Program-made: the position numbers and the translations under genes | Source: Vicugna vicugna | Taxonomy: Eukaryota | Direction: 5' to 3' | Assembly (NCBI GenBank): GCA_013265495.1 | Contig: MU058384.1 | Span: 1,427,690 to 1,491,689 of the forward strand | DNA: 64,000 nucleotides | In this document: positions 63,536-64,000 of the stretch, piece by piece | How the letters are laid out: each line of letters opens with the position of its first letter | Position numbering within the stretch: position 1 is the stretch's first letter | Notes under the pieces: model-generated | Database searches by the model: none | Told to the model about the DNA's origin: nothing | What the model saw: the letters and a program-made list of their open reading frames with translations, nothing else

Positions 63536-63779
63536 CCTGTTTTCATCATACTAGATGAGTGTGGCAAATACTTAGAATAATCAAGCCAACTCAACAGTGG
63601 CTTTTTGTAAATTTTAGATGAATCTCCAAACTTCCTTCTCTTATAAATGGCTTAGAAGGCTATGATTTCATATAGAACCTGTGAAATACCTAACCAATTC
63701 GAGAAGATGCTTCTTATCAAACCATATCAAACCATAAGTACGTACTTTTCACCCTATCTCACAGAATTGCTCCATTACC

Positions 63780-64000
63780 TACTCATTTATTTATCCATTC
63801 ATCATATATTTAATGGGTATCAGATACTCTGGTTTTATGACTATGAATAAGATATGGTCCCTGCCTTCAGCAGAGTGTCTAGCCTATGGAGAGAGAAGGG
63901 CAAGTACAATGCAGTAGGATAATTGTGGTCACATTGACAACTGTACAATAGATTGATGGCACATAAAAGGGATACCTGAATGAATGTTGAGGACCATTTG
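63780..64000 (-). mobile_element. L2 3' end (runs off the window)
   Basis: ttatccattcatcatatatttaatggg...atgaataagatatggtccctgccttcagcagagtgtctagcct. Confidence 0.75.

Noticed and set aside
1..64000. CRISPR arrays, operons, defence systems, rRNA/tRNA
   Set aside because: The sequence is mammalian and repeat-rich. There are no regularly spaced direct repeats, long ORFs or RNA-gene signatures.

Overview
This is AT-rich, CpG-depleted mammalian genomic DNA from a draft assembly with one 158-N gap at 40796-40953. It is not prokaryotic: there is no operon structure, CRISPR array, rRNA or tRNA. The youngest L1 3' ends are cetartiodactyl-type, and I see no ruminant (Bov-A/Bov-tA/BovB), pig (PRE-1) or CHR SINEs, so a camelid source is the best guess (inference). 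A large part of the window is decayed transposable elements: L1, L2, L3/CR1, MIR, MaLR LTRs, hAT elements (MER20, MER3, MER20B, MER94, MER97, Charlie4-like), a MADE2 MITE and microsatellites. All repeat family names come from recalled consensus sequences, not from a search. I cannot support any intact protein-coding gene, and the ORF track is explained by L1 remnants, simple repeats, N-runs or chance. The main non-repeat signal is a roughly 3.9 kb apparently repeat-free block (37.15-41.05 kb). It holds two + strand core-promoter candidates that share TGTATAAAAG: one with an Inr at +31 and a splice donor, the other with an octamer, a small CpG island, an E2F motif, a uORF and donors. This looks like the alternative 5' end of a large-intron gene that I cannot name. 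The cleanest mechanistic oddity is a 90-bp L1-mediated retrocopy of a polyadenylated, ERV-LTR-like 3' end at 49421-49534. I did not find convincing evidence for a previously undescribed biological system.
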